A stretch of DNA of 64,000 bases from Acidobacteriota bacterium (GTDB lineage Bacteria > Acidobacteriota > UBA890 > WLXD01): NCBI GenBank assembly GCA_965205505.1, contig CBDBHB010000009.1:1472001-1536000 (forward strand), given 5' to 3'. Below the pieces are notes generated by a model. It did no database searches. It worked only from the letters and a program-made list of their open reading frames with translations, and had not been told where the DNA came from. The position numbers were made by a program, and so were the translations under genes. Positions within the stretch are counted from its first letter, which is position 1. Every line of letters begins with the position of its first letter. Below are positions 1 through 9,295 of the stretch, piece after piece.

Positions 1-420
1 ACTGCGGCGTTCTTTCTGGCGCGCACGGTGGCCCGGAGCGCTATCGAGCAGAAGCTCGAGAACAACTCGCGCTTTGCAGCCATCGATCGGGCCGTCGAGC
101 GCGAAGGCCTGAAGATCGTGACGCTGTTGCGGTTGTCGCCGGTGTTTCCTTTCAACATGCTGAACTATGCGTTGGGTCTCACGCGCGTACGGCCGCGCGA
201 CTACATGATCGCGTGTCTCGGGATGCTCCCGGGAACCTTGCTCTACGTCTATACCGGCAAAGTCGTCGGTGATGTGGCGGCGGTGGCGGGCGGTGCCGCG
301 CCCGAGCGTGGTATCGGCTACTGGGTCATCGCCGTTGTTGGGCTCGTTGCCACCGTGCTAGTGACCACGGTCGTCACTCGTACTGCTCGGCAGGCACTCC
401 GGCAAGTAACCGATGCCTGA
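1..420 (+). CDS. TVP38/TMEM64 (SNARE-associated, DedA superfamily) membrane protein, 5'-partial
   Basis: Motif LLRLSPVFPFNMLNYALGLT...LGMLPGTLLYVY; frame open to window start; stop overlaps start of the next gene. Confidence 0.85.
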   Translation, partial: TAAFFLARTVARSAIEQKLENNSRFAAIDRAVEREGLKIVTLLRLSPVFPFNMLNYALGLTRVRPRDYMIACLGMLPGTLLYVYTGKVVGDVAAVAGGAAPERGIGYWVIAVVGLVATVLVTTVVTRTARQALRQVTDA

Positions 421-1963
421 GTCGCCGTCGACAGAGCCGGGCGGCGCGTCGGACCAGGGCGTTCGCATGGCGCCTTTCGACGAGCACAACGAAGAGCTGG
501 TTGCCAACGTCCATCCGCATGACTGGGTCAACCCGCAGCCTGGTGGCCGCTACAACCTCGTAGCTATCGGGGCGGGCACCGCAGGCTTGGTTTCGGCGGC
601 CGGTGCGGCCGGGCTCGGTGCCCGCGCCGCCGTAATCGAGCGGTATCTCATGGGTGGCGATTGTCTCAACGTCGGGTGCGTTCCCTCCAAAGGCGTGATC
701 AGTGCGGCCCGCGCTTGGCATGCGGCGCGTCGAGCCAGCTCCGAGTTCGGTGGTCCCACCTGCGGCGATGATGCTGACTTCGGTGCTGCGATGGAGCGGA
801 TGCGTCGCCTCCGCGCCCGTATCAGCCACAACGACAGCGTTGAGCGCTTTGCTCGCCTCGGCGTGGACGTTTATCTCGGGCAGGCGCGTTTCACGGGTTC
901 CGACACGATCGAGGTCGACGGCAGGCAGTTGCGCTTCCGTCGAGCGGTGATCGCCACCGGCGGCCGTGCAGCCGCCCCCCCGATTCCCGGGATCGCCGAG
1001 ATCGACTACCTGACGAACGAGACGTTTTTCTCGCTCACCGAGCTTCCCGCCCGCCTCGGGGTGATCGGAGGCGGCCCCATCGGTTGTGAGATGGCGCAAT
1101 CATGGGCCCGCTTCGGCAGCAGGGTCACGCTGTTTGATATGGCTGACTACGTGTTGCCGCGCGAGGATCCGGACGCCGCCGCCGTTGTTCAGGAGAGCCT
1201 GGTCAGCGACGGCGTTGAGCTGATTCTGAAGGCGCGCATCAACGCGGTCGCCGCCAGGGGCGACACGAAGCTCGTGCGCTACGAGCTCGACGACAGTGTG
1301 GCGCGCGAGATCGAGGTCGACGCATTGCTCGTCGCCGTCGGCAGGAAGCCCAATGTCGAGGAGCTCGGCCTTGACGCTGCCGGCGTGAACTATGGTGCGC
1401 GGGGCGTCGAGGTCGATGACTTCCTGCGCACCAGCAATCGTCGCGTCTACGCGTGCGGCGACGTGGCGTCGCGATACCAATTTACCCACACGGCTGACGC
1501 ACAGGCACGCATCGTTATCCAGAACGCCCTGTTCCACGGACGCGCCAGAGCGAGCAAGTTGGTGGTGCCGTGGTGTACGTACACCAGCCCGGAGATTGCT
1601 CACGTGGGGATGTACGAAGCCGATGCCCGCGCCGCCGGCCATGAGGTCACGACGATAACCATTTCTCTTTCGGAGGTTGATCGCGCCGTTCTCGACGGCG
1701 AAGACCAAGGGTTCCTGCGCGTCCACCACGAGAAAGGGCGCATTCTCGGAGCCACGATGGTCGCCGAGCACGCCGGCGACATGATCGGTGAGCTGGCGCT
1801 GGCGATCACGGCGGGCATCAAGCTTTCGCAGATCTCGGGAACGATCCACCCGTACCCGACGCAGGCCGAGGTCATTCGCAAGGTAGGTGATGCATACCGC
1901 CGTACCAGCCTGACACCGCTGACCAAGAGACTGCTGCGGTTCTGGTTCCGCCTTTTCGGCTAG
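413..1963 (+). CDS. FAD-dependent pyridine nucleotide-disulfide oxidoreductase (mercuric reductase-like / dihydrolipoamide dehydrogenase family)
   Basis: GAGTAG FAD motif, redox GGDCLNVGCVPSK, GGGPIG NAD(P) motif, HPYPT; lacks the C-terminal Cys-Cys pair of true MerA. Confidence 0.85.
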   Translation: MPESPSTEPGGASDQGVRMAPFDEHNEELVANVHPHDWVNPQPGGRYNLVAIGAGTAGLVSAAGAAGLGARAAVIERYLMGGDCLNVGCVPSKGVISAARAWHAARRASSEFGGPTCGDDADFGAAMERMRRLRARISHNDSVERFARLGVDVYLGQARFTGSDTIEVDGRQLRFRRAVIATGGRAAAPPIPGIAEIDYLTNETFFSLTELPARLGVIGGGPIGCEMAQSWARFGSRVTLFDMADYVLPREDPDAAAVVQESLVSDGVELILKARINAVAARGDTKLVRYELDDSVAREIEVDALLVAVGRKPNVEELGLDAAGVNYGARGVEVDDFLRTSNRRVYACGDVASRYQFTHTADAQARIVIQNALFHGRARASKLVVPWCTYTSPEIAHVGMYEADARAAGHEVTTITISLSEVDRAVLDGEDQGFLRVHHEKGRILGATMVAEHAGDMIGELALAITAGIKLSQISGTIHPYPTQAEVIRKVGDAYRRTSLTPLTKRLLRFWFRLFG

Positions 1964-1997
1964 TGGCCTGCAACGATCATCTGCTACAGGGCACTAG
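1960..1997. repeat. Collapsed (38 bp) copy of MITE type B
   Basis: ctagtggcctg fused directly to caacgatcatctgctacagggcactag, i.e. the left and right termini of the element at 49823-50007 with the interior deleted. Confidence 0.8.
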
Positions 1998-2014
1998 TGT
2001 CTCGAGCGCGGCTG

Positions 2015-4780
2015 CTAGGCGGCCACGTAGTCCACGGCGGTGAGCGTCTCCTTGCGCAGTAGCTCCTCGGCCTTCCATGCCTCGACGGGCATCGAGAACA
2101 GGAAGCCCTGCGCCAATCTGCATCCCAGGTCGCGGAGCCGATTCGCCTGCTGCAGTGTCTCGACACCCTCGGCGACGACGGTCAGCTCGAGGCTCTCGGC
2201 CAGGGTGATGATCGCCTGCACGATCGCCCGATCCTTCTTGTTTTCTTCCAGGGAGCTCACGAAGGCGCGGTCGATCTTGAGCAGATCGACGGGGAAATCG
2301 CGCAGATAGCTGAGCGACGAGTAACCGGTTCCGAAGTCGTCAATTGCCAGGCGCACACCTAGCTGCTTGATGTTGTCCAGAAGCGCGATGACGCTGTCTC
2401 CCAAGTCGGTCATCACGCTCTCGGTGATCTCCAAGCAAAGCCGCCCTCGGTCGATATCATGACGGGACAGCAGGTGCTCGAGCTTCTCGACGAAGCGCGC
2501 CTCACCGAGCTGCTTGTTCGAGACGTTGACGCTCAGCGTGAACGCTCGGTCGCCCACCAGCTTCTCCCACTCCTGGAGCTGGCCACACGCTTGTTCGATC
2601 ACCCACCAGCCGATCGGGACGATCAGCCCGGTATCTTCGGCCACGGGGATGAAATCGTCCGGCGGCACCAGGCCGATCTCGGGGTGTTGCCAGCGAATCA
2701 AGCCCTCACACCCGACCATGAGCCCGTCGGTGAGCGATACGTAGGGTTGGTAGTAGAGGATCAGCTCATCGGCGTCGATCGCTCGGCGGAGGTCGTTCTC
2801 GAGCTTGAGCTGCGCAATCGCGTGCTCGTGCATGCGCTGATCAAAGACCTCGAAACCGGCCAAGTCGCGTTGCTTGGCACGATACATGGCGGTATCGGCA
2901 TCGCGCAGATAGTCCTCAGGCCGGCTCCGACTCGGGTCGCTCATGGCGATACCCATGCACGCGGAGGTGACGATCTCGTGGCCGTCGATCGTCAACGGCT
3001 GGCGCAGCGCGCTCTGGATACGTTCGGCGGTACGAGTGGCCTCATTGAGGTTCTTGATGTCGTCCACGATTACCACGAACTCGTCGCCGCCGAAGCGTCC
3101 GACCACGTCGTTGCGCCGCAGACATCGCGAGAGCATCTTGGCGATCTCCACCAGAAACCTGTCGCCCGCAAGGTGGCCGAGGCTGTCGTTGACCATCTTG
3201 AAGCGATCAAGATCGAGAAATACCAGGGCAAAGCGATAGCGCGGATTGCGCTGCGCACGCTCTATCGAGCGCGACAGGATCTCCATCACCAGGGTTCGAT
3301 TCGGCAGCCCGGTGAGCGTGTCGTGCAGGGCGTCGTGCCTGAGCTTTCCTTCGGCGCGCTTCCGTTCGGTGATGTCCATCACATAAACGAACACGTCGTC
3401 GCCGCTCGTGTTGGAGTAATACCCGAACGAGAACACGCGATCGTCGACGCTAACCTCGATGTCGCGATAGCCGCCCCGCGTACGCGCGCACTCCGCCACG
3501 ATCTCGGCATGCTTGGCGGGGAGGAATGCCTCGATGGCGTCGATACCGAGTTCGCCCAGGGTCCGCTGGGCGGCCGGGTTGAGGAACTTCACGGCGCCGT
3601 CGCTTCCAAAGGTCATGAACGGGTTGGGGTTCTTGATCGGGAACGCGGCGAGTCGCTTGTTTTCACGCTCGGTGCTGCGGCGCTGGCGCTCGATGAGCTT
3701 CTCGTTCACCAGCGTGAGAGCGCCCAGCAGCACGAGGCCGAAGAACACACAGGTCTCGCGCGCCGGTCGCGTCGAATCTTCGAGTAGCTCGAGCGACGAG
3801 AGTGCAAAGTGGATCAGCGGCAGTGACGTGGTGTAGACGGCCAGTGGTCCGAACAAATAGCGGATCTGCCGCGGATTACGTGCCGGGAGCGACGGCGCCG
3901 GCTCCTCTTCGCGGCCGATCCAGGCCCTGCCGATACGCGCCGCGATGGCGGCCAGACCGAACGGTAGGAAGGAGAGGAAGTCGTAGATGGTGCCGTACGG
4001 AATGCCGCCGGGAATGTCGAGCCGGCCAGTCACCAGCATGAGCTCTACGACATCACTAACCAGCCACAGCATCAGCGATACGCCGAACAGACGATAGATC
4101 GTGGTCCAGCGACGACTGGCCGAGAACGAAGCGATGTAGAAGAACGAGAAGATCAGCATCGTGTCGAGCGCCACGTGCATCGACTTTGGCAGCGCGAAGT
4201 TATCGGCGCCGTTGCCGTAGTACGCGGGCAAGATCACGAAGTAGAAGAAGATCAAGCTGGCGAAGCTGATCGTGCCGATGGACTCGAGACGAAAGCGAAT
4301 GCTGTTGAGGCTCCAGCGGCGCTCGTCGGTGTGGGGGTTCAACGAGATCGCCAGGAACATGAGGATGAACTGCACCAGGAAGACGAAGTCCTCGGCGAAC
4401 CGCCCGACTGCCCGCCACTCGGCCTCGGGGATCGCCAGTCGCAGCCAGGTCCCACCCGTGGAGCAAACGAACGCCACCGTCATCAGTAACCAGAACTGTC
4501 GCTCCTCCGGATGCAGATGACGGATCCCCGACAGGAACGCTACCACCGCCAGGCAGATCAGAATGGGGTCGGCCCAGCCGACCACGAAGCTCACGAGTGT
4601 GGAGTACGACACGAAGGGCAGCGTGTAGATGCCTGTAATTCCGGCGAATACGGCTGCCGTGACGAGTACCAGAGGGTCACGGAGCAAGGCCGCTCTGATG
4701 TCGGAATCCGTATTGCTGGCGACACTCGAGCCGGTGCCCGACGGGATTTCCGTGTCCGAATGTGGGTTGCGAGCAGGCAT
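2015..4780 (-). CDS. Membrane-anchored PAS-GGDEF-EAL diguanylate cyclase/phosphodiesterase
   Basis: Multiple N-terminal TM helices, PAS-like region ending DITERKRAE, HDTLTGLPNR, RFGGDEF, EGL (EAL variant), IDDFGTGYSS, AEGVE. Confidence 0.93.
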   Translation of the reverse strand: MPARNPHSDTEIPSGTGSSVASNTDSDIRAALLRDPLVLVTAAVFAGITGIYTLPFVSYSTLVSFVVGWADPILICLAVVAFLSGIRHLHPEERQFWLLMTVAFVCSTGGTWLRLAIPEAEWRAVGRFAEDFVFLVQFILMFLAISLNPHTDERRWSLNSIRFRLESIGTISFASLIFFYFVILPAYYGNGADNFALPKSMHVALDTMLIFSFFYIASFSASRRWTTIYRLFGVSLMLWLVSDVVELMLVTGRLDIPGGIPYGTIYDFLSFLPFGLAAIAARIGRAWIGREEEPAPSLPARNPRQIRYLFGPLAVYTTSLPLIHFALSSLELLEDSTRPARETCVFFGLVLLGALTLVNEKLIERQRRSTERENKRLAAFPIKNPNPFMTFGSDGAVKFLNPAAQRTLGELGIDAIEAFLPAKHAEIVAECARTRGGYRDIEVSVDDRVFSFGYYSNTSGDDVFVYVMDITERKRAEGKLRHDALHDTLTGLPNRTLVMEILSRSIERAQRNPRYRFALVFLDLDRFKMVNDSLGHLAGDRFLVEIAKMLSRCLRRNDVVGRFGGDEFVVIVDDIKNLNEATRTAERIQSALRQPLTIDGHEIVTSACMGIAMSDPSRSRPEDYLRDADTAMYRAKQRDLAGFEVFDQRMHEHAIAQLKLENDLRRAIDADELILYYQPYVSLTDGLMVGCEGLIRWQHPEIGLVPPDDFIPVAEDTGLIVPIGWWVIEQACGQLQEWEKLVGDRAFTLSVNVSNKQLGEARFVEKLEHLLSRHDIDRGRLCLEITESVMTDLGDSVIALLDNIKQLGVRLAIDDFGTGYSSLSYLRDFPVDLLKIDRAFVSSLEENKKDRAIVQAIITLAESLELTVVAEGVETLQQANRLRDLGCRLAQGFLFSMPVEAWKAEELLRKETLTAVDYVAA

Positions 4781-4865
4781 GGCTGGTAGTGGGGTCTGTC
4801 TCTATTGGTCTGGAACGGCCTCGTAAGAGTATTGGAGCTCTTAACAGATACTCAACCATTTTAAA

Positions 4866-4899
4866 AGTTATTAATAAGTAATGTTAACTATTAATAACT
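4866..4899. promoter_or_regulatory. AT-rich 11-bp perfect inverted repeat in a divergent promoter region
   Basis: AGTTATTAATA-N12-TATTAATAACT within the most AT-rich stretch of the window, between divergent genes. Confidence 0.5.
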
Positions 4900-5053
4900 A
4901 GTACTAGACTCTGACGGCCTGTCTTAACGACACTCGATGATGTTGATGTCACGCTCCAGGCGGAGCAAGATCGGTGACATGGTCGAGTCATGTCCCGAAC
5001 CTGCCGAGCTAGGAACGGCGCCGGAGCGTGCCCACCCGAATTCAGGCAAGCAG

Positions 5054-5665
5054 ATGGAGAAGCTACAGGGACTGGCGGCGAAGCTGGCGGAGCGATTGGA
5101 GCTGAAGCGGGCGCTGACGTTCGTCGATCTCGAAACGACCGGCCTCGACGTGTGCATGGATCGGATCGTCGAGGTGGCGTTGGTTCGCGTCGAACCGACG
5201 GGATCGGCGAGGCGCTTCGTGACGCTCATCAATCCAACCGTCTCGATTCCCGGTAAGGCCGCCCGGGTGCATGGCATCAGCGACGATGATGTGGCCGATG
5301 CTCCGACCTTTGCCGAGGCGGCTGCCACCGTAAGCGGCTGGCTCGCCGAGTCCGATCTCGGGGGCTATAACCTGGCCCGCTTCGACCTGCCGATGCTCCA
5401 CGCAGAGCTCGAGCGGGCCGGCCACCCTTTCGAATGGGACAAGGCGCGGATCCTCGACGCGTGCGCCATATTCAAAAGGATGGAACGCCGAGATCTTGCC
5501 GCTGCGTATCGCTTCTACTGCGCCTCCGAGCTCGAAGGCGCCCACTCCGCCGGCGCCGACGTTCACGCCACCATCGAAGTAGTACTCGGCCAACTGGATC
5601 ACTATCCGGAGCTGCCTCGTGAGGTTGAGTTGCTGGATGCCCTCTGGCGTCCGCGGGGTGACTAG
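5054..5665 (+). CDS. DEDDh 3'-5' exonuclease (DNA polymerase III epsilon-like)
   Basis: FVDLETTG, GYNLARFD, AHSAGAD motifs; start uncertain (ORF open from 4937). Confidence 0.85.
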   Translation: MEKLQGLAAKLAERLELKRALTFVDLETTGLDVCMDRIVEVALVRVEPTGSARRFVTLINPTVSIPGKAARVHGISDDDVADAPTFAEAAATVSGWLAESDLGGYNLARFDLPMLHAELERAGHPFEWDKARILDACAIFKRMERRDLAAAYRFYCASELEGAHSAGADVHATIEVVLGQLDHYPELPREVELLDALWRPRGD

Positions 5666-5857
5666 GCGGTGTTCTCGAAGTAGCCCGACCTGGCCATCGG
5701 AAGCGGTGTGGCCCTCGAGCGCAGAAAAACTGTGCCGGTGCATGCCGTCGCCGACTCGAGCCGGTAACCTTGTTGGTGACGAGTCGCTCGTAGATGCGCG
5801 GCGAGTCCGACCTTACTTGCCGATCCGATCCGCCTGACGATCGGGCAGGAGCGCGCC

Positions 5858-6970
5858 ATGAACTTCCGATTCATTCGATCTGGCTCACGCTACTCAATCT
5901 CCGTTGGGTTCCTGGCCACGGGTGCCTTCGCAATGCTGTCGGCAACGGGCTGTGCCGGAGAGGTGGCGTCGCAGGTGTCGTCGACGGCGCCACCGACGTC
6001 TCCGCCGTCGTTGGCTGACACCGATGTCGTGCTTGCGACGATCGACGGAGCGCCGCTCCACCTGGGCGATCTGGACGACTCGGTCAACGATCGCCTGGCG
6101 ACGCTTGCGTTTGAATACAGCACGCAGCGATTTCAGGTCCTCGAAGCGGGCGTGAAGGACGCCGTGAGACGGCTGCTGCTCGACGCCGAGGCCACCCGTC
6201 GCGGGACCACCACCGAAGAGATGTTGCAGGCCGAGGTCAACTCCGGGATTCAGGTTACCGACGAAGAGGTGAACGCCTGGTACACGGCCAACAGCGCTCG
6301 CCTCCAGGGCCGGCCACTGGATTCTCTGCGTCCGGCGATCGAGCAGTTCCTCTTCGAGCAGCTACAGGAAGAGGGCATTGAAGCTTTCACCACCGAGCTG
6401 GCGGCGGATCGCGACGTCACCGTGATTCTGGAGCCCGTTCGCGCCGATATCGAGACCGAGGGCTACCCGGCCCTCGGCCCCGCCGATGCGCCGGTCACGC
6501 TCGTCGAGTTCTCGGATTTCGAGTGCCCATTCTGTGGCCGTTTTACGCCGACTGTGGACCAGGTCAAGGACGTCTACGCTGGCCGTGTTCGCTTGGTGTA
6601 TCGTCAGTTTCCGCTTCGCGAGATCCACCCGAACGCGCAGAAAGCCGCTGAGGCGTCGCTGTGCGCGGAGGAGCAAGGGAAGTTCTGGGAGCTGCACGAT
6701 TTGATGTTCGCAGAGCAAGACGCCCTGACCGTCGATGACCTCAAGGGCAAGGCGGAGCGGCTCGACATGGATACTCAGGCCTTCACGGTTTGTCTCGATT
6801 CAGACCGCTACGCGGATACAGTCCAGGCCGACCTGCGCGCCGGCCAACGCCTGGGCGTCAGTGGCACCCCGGCCTTGTTCGTCAACGGCCGTCCGATCCC
6901 CGGCGGAGCCGTTCCTTTCGAGACGATCGCCAAGGTGATCGACGAGGAACTCGACCGAGCCGGCCACTAG
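5858..6970 (+). CDS. DsbA/thioredoxin-fold disulfide oxidoreductase with SurA-like N-terminal region, probably exported
   Basis: EFSDFECPFC, GVSGTPALFVNG; N-terminal signal-like region; RBS aggag upstream. Confidence 0.88.
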   Translation: MNFRFIRSGSRYSISVGFLATGAFAMLSATGCAGEVASQVSSTAPPTSPPSLADTDVVLATIDGAPLHLGDLDDSVNDRLATLAFEYSTQRFQVLEAGVKDAVRRLLLDAEATRRGTTTEEMLQAEVNSGIQVTDEEVNAWYTANSARLQGRPLDSLRPAIEQFLFEQLQEEGIEAFTTELAADRDVTVILEPVRADIETEGYPALGPADAPVTLVEFSDFECPFCGRFTPTVDQVKDVYAGRVRLVYRQFPLREIHPNAQKAAEASLCAEEQGKFWELHDLMFAEQDALTVDDLKGKAERLDMDTQAFTVCLDSDRYADTVQADLRAGQRLGVSGTPALFVNGRPIPGGAVPFETIAKVIDEELDRAGH

Positions 6971-7917
6971 TGGCACCAGCGATCCGGGTCATCGATTCGC
7001 ACACCGGCGGCGAGCCGACACGTCTGGTACTCGATGGCGTCCCGGACCTCGGATCCGGCTCCGCGGCCGAGAGGCTGGCCTGCTTTCGCGACCATCACGA
7101 CGACTTCCGCTCGACCGTGGTCAATGAGCCACGCGGCTTCGACGCGATGGTCGGAGCAGTGCTTTGTGAGCCGTCCTCCGTCGACAGTGCCGCCCAGGTG
7201 ATCTTCTTCAACAACGTCGGTTATCTGAGAATGTGTGTGCACGGCACCATCGGGGTTGCCGTGACCCTGGCGTCGATCGGCCGGTTGGCGCCCGGCGCGC
7301 ATCGATTCGAGACTCCTGTCGGGATCGTAGGGGTCGACCTTCAGAATGACGGTCAGGTTGCTGTGGAGAACGTAGTCAGCTATCGGGCAGCGAGCGGCGT
7401 CGAGGTGGCGGTTGCCGAGATCGGCTCGGTGCGTGGCGATGTTGCGTGGGGCGGCAACTGGTTTTTTCTGGTCGAAGAGCACGGCCAGCGCCTCGAGGCC
7501 GACAACGTGGTGGCGCTCACTGACTATTGCTGGGCGATTCGCAAGGCACTGCAAGTCGCCAGCATCGTCGGCGACGATGGCGCCGACGTTGATCACATCG
7601 AGCTGTTCGGACCGCCGTCGACCGCCGCCACGGACAGCAAGAACTTCGTGCTCTGTCCGGGCCGCGAGTACGATCGCTCCCCATGCGGCACCGGCATGAG
7701 CGCGAAGATGGCGTGTCTGTGGGCCGACGGCAACCTGCTGCCCGGGCAAACCTGGAGGCAAGAGGGCATCCTTGGCAGCTGCTTTGTGGGGAGCATCAGG
7801 GAGGTCGAGGGTGGTGTCTTGCCCACAATTGTCGGCACGGCCTGGGTGACGGCCGAGAGCACGTTGCTGGTCGGCGACGATGACCCGTTCGGAGCCGGGA
7901 TTTGCGCTAGTCCATGA
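6970..7917 (+). CDS. Proline racemase family protein, probable 4-hydroxyproline 2-epimerase
   Basis: IDSHTGGEPTR, MCVHG and DRSPCGTG two-cysteine motifs; GTG start overlaps the upstream stop. Confidence 0.88.
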   Translation: MAPAIRVIDSHTGGEPTRLVLDGVPDLGSGSAAERLACFRDHHDDFRSTVVNEPRGFDAMVGAVLCEPSSVDSAAQVIFFNNVGYLRMCVHGTIGVAVTLASIGRLAPGAHRFETPVGIVGVDLQNDGQVAVENVVSYRAASGVEVAVAEIGSVRGDVAWGGNWFFLVEEHGQRLEADNVVALTDYCWAIRKALQVASIVGDDGADVDHIELFGPPSTAATDSKNFVLCPGREYDRSPCGTGMSAKMACLWADGNLLPGQTWRQEGILGSCFVGSIREVEGGVLPTIVGTAWVTAESTLLVGDDDPFGAGICASP

Positions 7918-9191
7918 AACCGGCGCGCGACGTCGTTGTGGTCGGCGGGGGTGCCGTCGGCGTCTGCTGCGCCTACTTTCTGTGGCGCGACGGTCATGCG
8001 GTAACGCTTGTCGAACGTGGTGACGGTAGCGACGGCGCCTCGCACGGCAACGCCGGCATGCTCGTCCCGAGCCACGTCGTGCCGCTTGCCGCCCCTGGTG
8101 TGATCGGCCAAGGGCTGCGTTGGTTGTTCAAGCCCGATAGCCCTCTGTACATCCGACCACGCCTCGATCGCGAGCTGTTCCGGTGGCTTTGGCGTTTTTG
8201 GGCCTCGTGCACCGAGGCGCATGTGCGGCGGTCGGTCCCGGTACTGCGCGACCTGATGCTGGCGAGCGTTGACCTGTTCCGCGATCTCGCTCAGCTGGAC
8301 GGCGTCGAGGTGGAACTACACGAGAACGGCATCCTGATGCCCTACGAAACGGAGGCCGGCAAGCACCACGCTGTCGAGCACGCCGAGACATTGCGATCCG
8401 CCGGTCTCGAGGTCGACGTACTCGACGCATGTTCTCTCTTGGAGCTCGAGCCTGCCCTGCGCATGCGAGCGATCGGCGCCGCGTACTTTCGCCAGGACTG
8501 CCACGTTGACCCGTCGAGCTTCGTGCGCACCCTGGCCGCTTACCTGCGGGCCCAGGGAGTCGAGATACTCTCGTCGACCGAGGTCGACGGATTCGACCGG
8601 CGCGGCGATCGAATCCACGCAGTCCGGGCGCGCGATCAACGATTCGCCACCCGATCGGTGGTTCTCGCGACCGGTGCGTTTACCCAGCGGTTAGCCGCTA
8701 CGGTGGGCGTGCGCGTTCCGGTACAGCCCGGCAAGGGTTACAGCGTGACGCTCCCACGAGGCAACTGTGGCCTGCGTATCCCGTTGCTTCTGCGCGAGGC
8801 CGGGGTGACGGTGACCCCTATGAGCGACCAGCTGCGCTTCACCGGCGCGCTGGAGTTGGTGGGCTTCGATCGTTCGATCAAGTCACGGCGAGTCACCGGC
8901 ATTCTCAAACAGGTCTCGGCGTATCTACCGGAGACCGACACCGAAGCGATCGCTGCCGCCGGCCCCGATGCGGTCGCCCCGGCTGTGTGGACCGGGTTTC
9001 GCCCCTGTAGCCCTGATGGTTTGCCGATTATCGGAACGGCACCGCGGCTCAGCAACCTCACGCTGGCTACCGGTCACGGCCAGCTGGGGCTGGCGTTGGC
9101 GCCGATTACTGGAAAGCTCGTAGCACGCCTGGTTTCCGGCGAGCCGACATCGATCTGCCTGGATGCACTGGATCCGGCGCGGTTCTCGTAA
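7914..9191 (+). CDS. D-amino acid dehydrogenase (DAO/DadA family), probable hydroxy-D-proline dehydrogenase
   Basis: GGGAVG, ASHGNAG, GKGYS, GFRPCSPDGLP, GHGQLG; translationally coupled (ATGA) to the epimerase. Confidence 0.85.
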   Translation: MKPARDVVVVGGGAVGVCCAYFLWRDGHAVTLVERGDGSDGASHGNAGMLVPSHVVPLAAPGVIGQGLRWLFKPDSPLYIRPRLDRELFRWLWRFWASCTEAHVRRSVPVLRDLMLASVDLFRDLAQLDGVEVELHENGILMPYETEAGKHHAVEHAETLRSAGLEVDVLDACSLLELEPALRMRAIGAAYFRQDCHVDPSSFVRTLAAYLRAQGVEILSSTEVDGFDRRGDRIHAVRARDQRFATRSVVLATGAFTQRLAATVGVRVPVQPGKGYSVTLPRGNCGLRIPLLLREAGVTVTPMSDQLRFTGALELVGFDRSIKSRRVTGILKQVSAYLPETDTEAIAAAGPDAVAPAVWTGFRPCSPDGLPIIGTAPRLSNLTLATGHGQLGLALAPITGKLVARLVSGEPTSICLDALDPARFS

Positions 9192-9222
9192 CCGCAGACG
9201 GCCGGACGCGTCGGCGTGACGA

Positions 9223-9246
9223 TGTATACAATGTTCAGAATACAAT
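9223..9246. promoter_or_regulatory. Candidate GntR-family operator
   Basis: Palindrome TGTATACA plus a second ATACAAT in an AT-richer intergenic stretch upstream of 9296. Confidence 0.3.
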
Positions 9247-9295
9247 CCTCAGGAAGGCGCTACTATCGCCCCATTTCGTTCCCGTCGGAGACGCA

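Noticed and set aside
413-1963. Mercury resistance gene merA
   Set aside because: No N-terminal HMA domain, no C-terminal Cys-Cys pair and no merR/T/P neighbours; it fits the TVP38-linked oxidoreductase group.
4862-4889. dif (XerCD) site
   Set aside because: TAATGTTAACT resembles a XerD arm, but no credible XerC arm lies 6 bp away.
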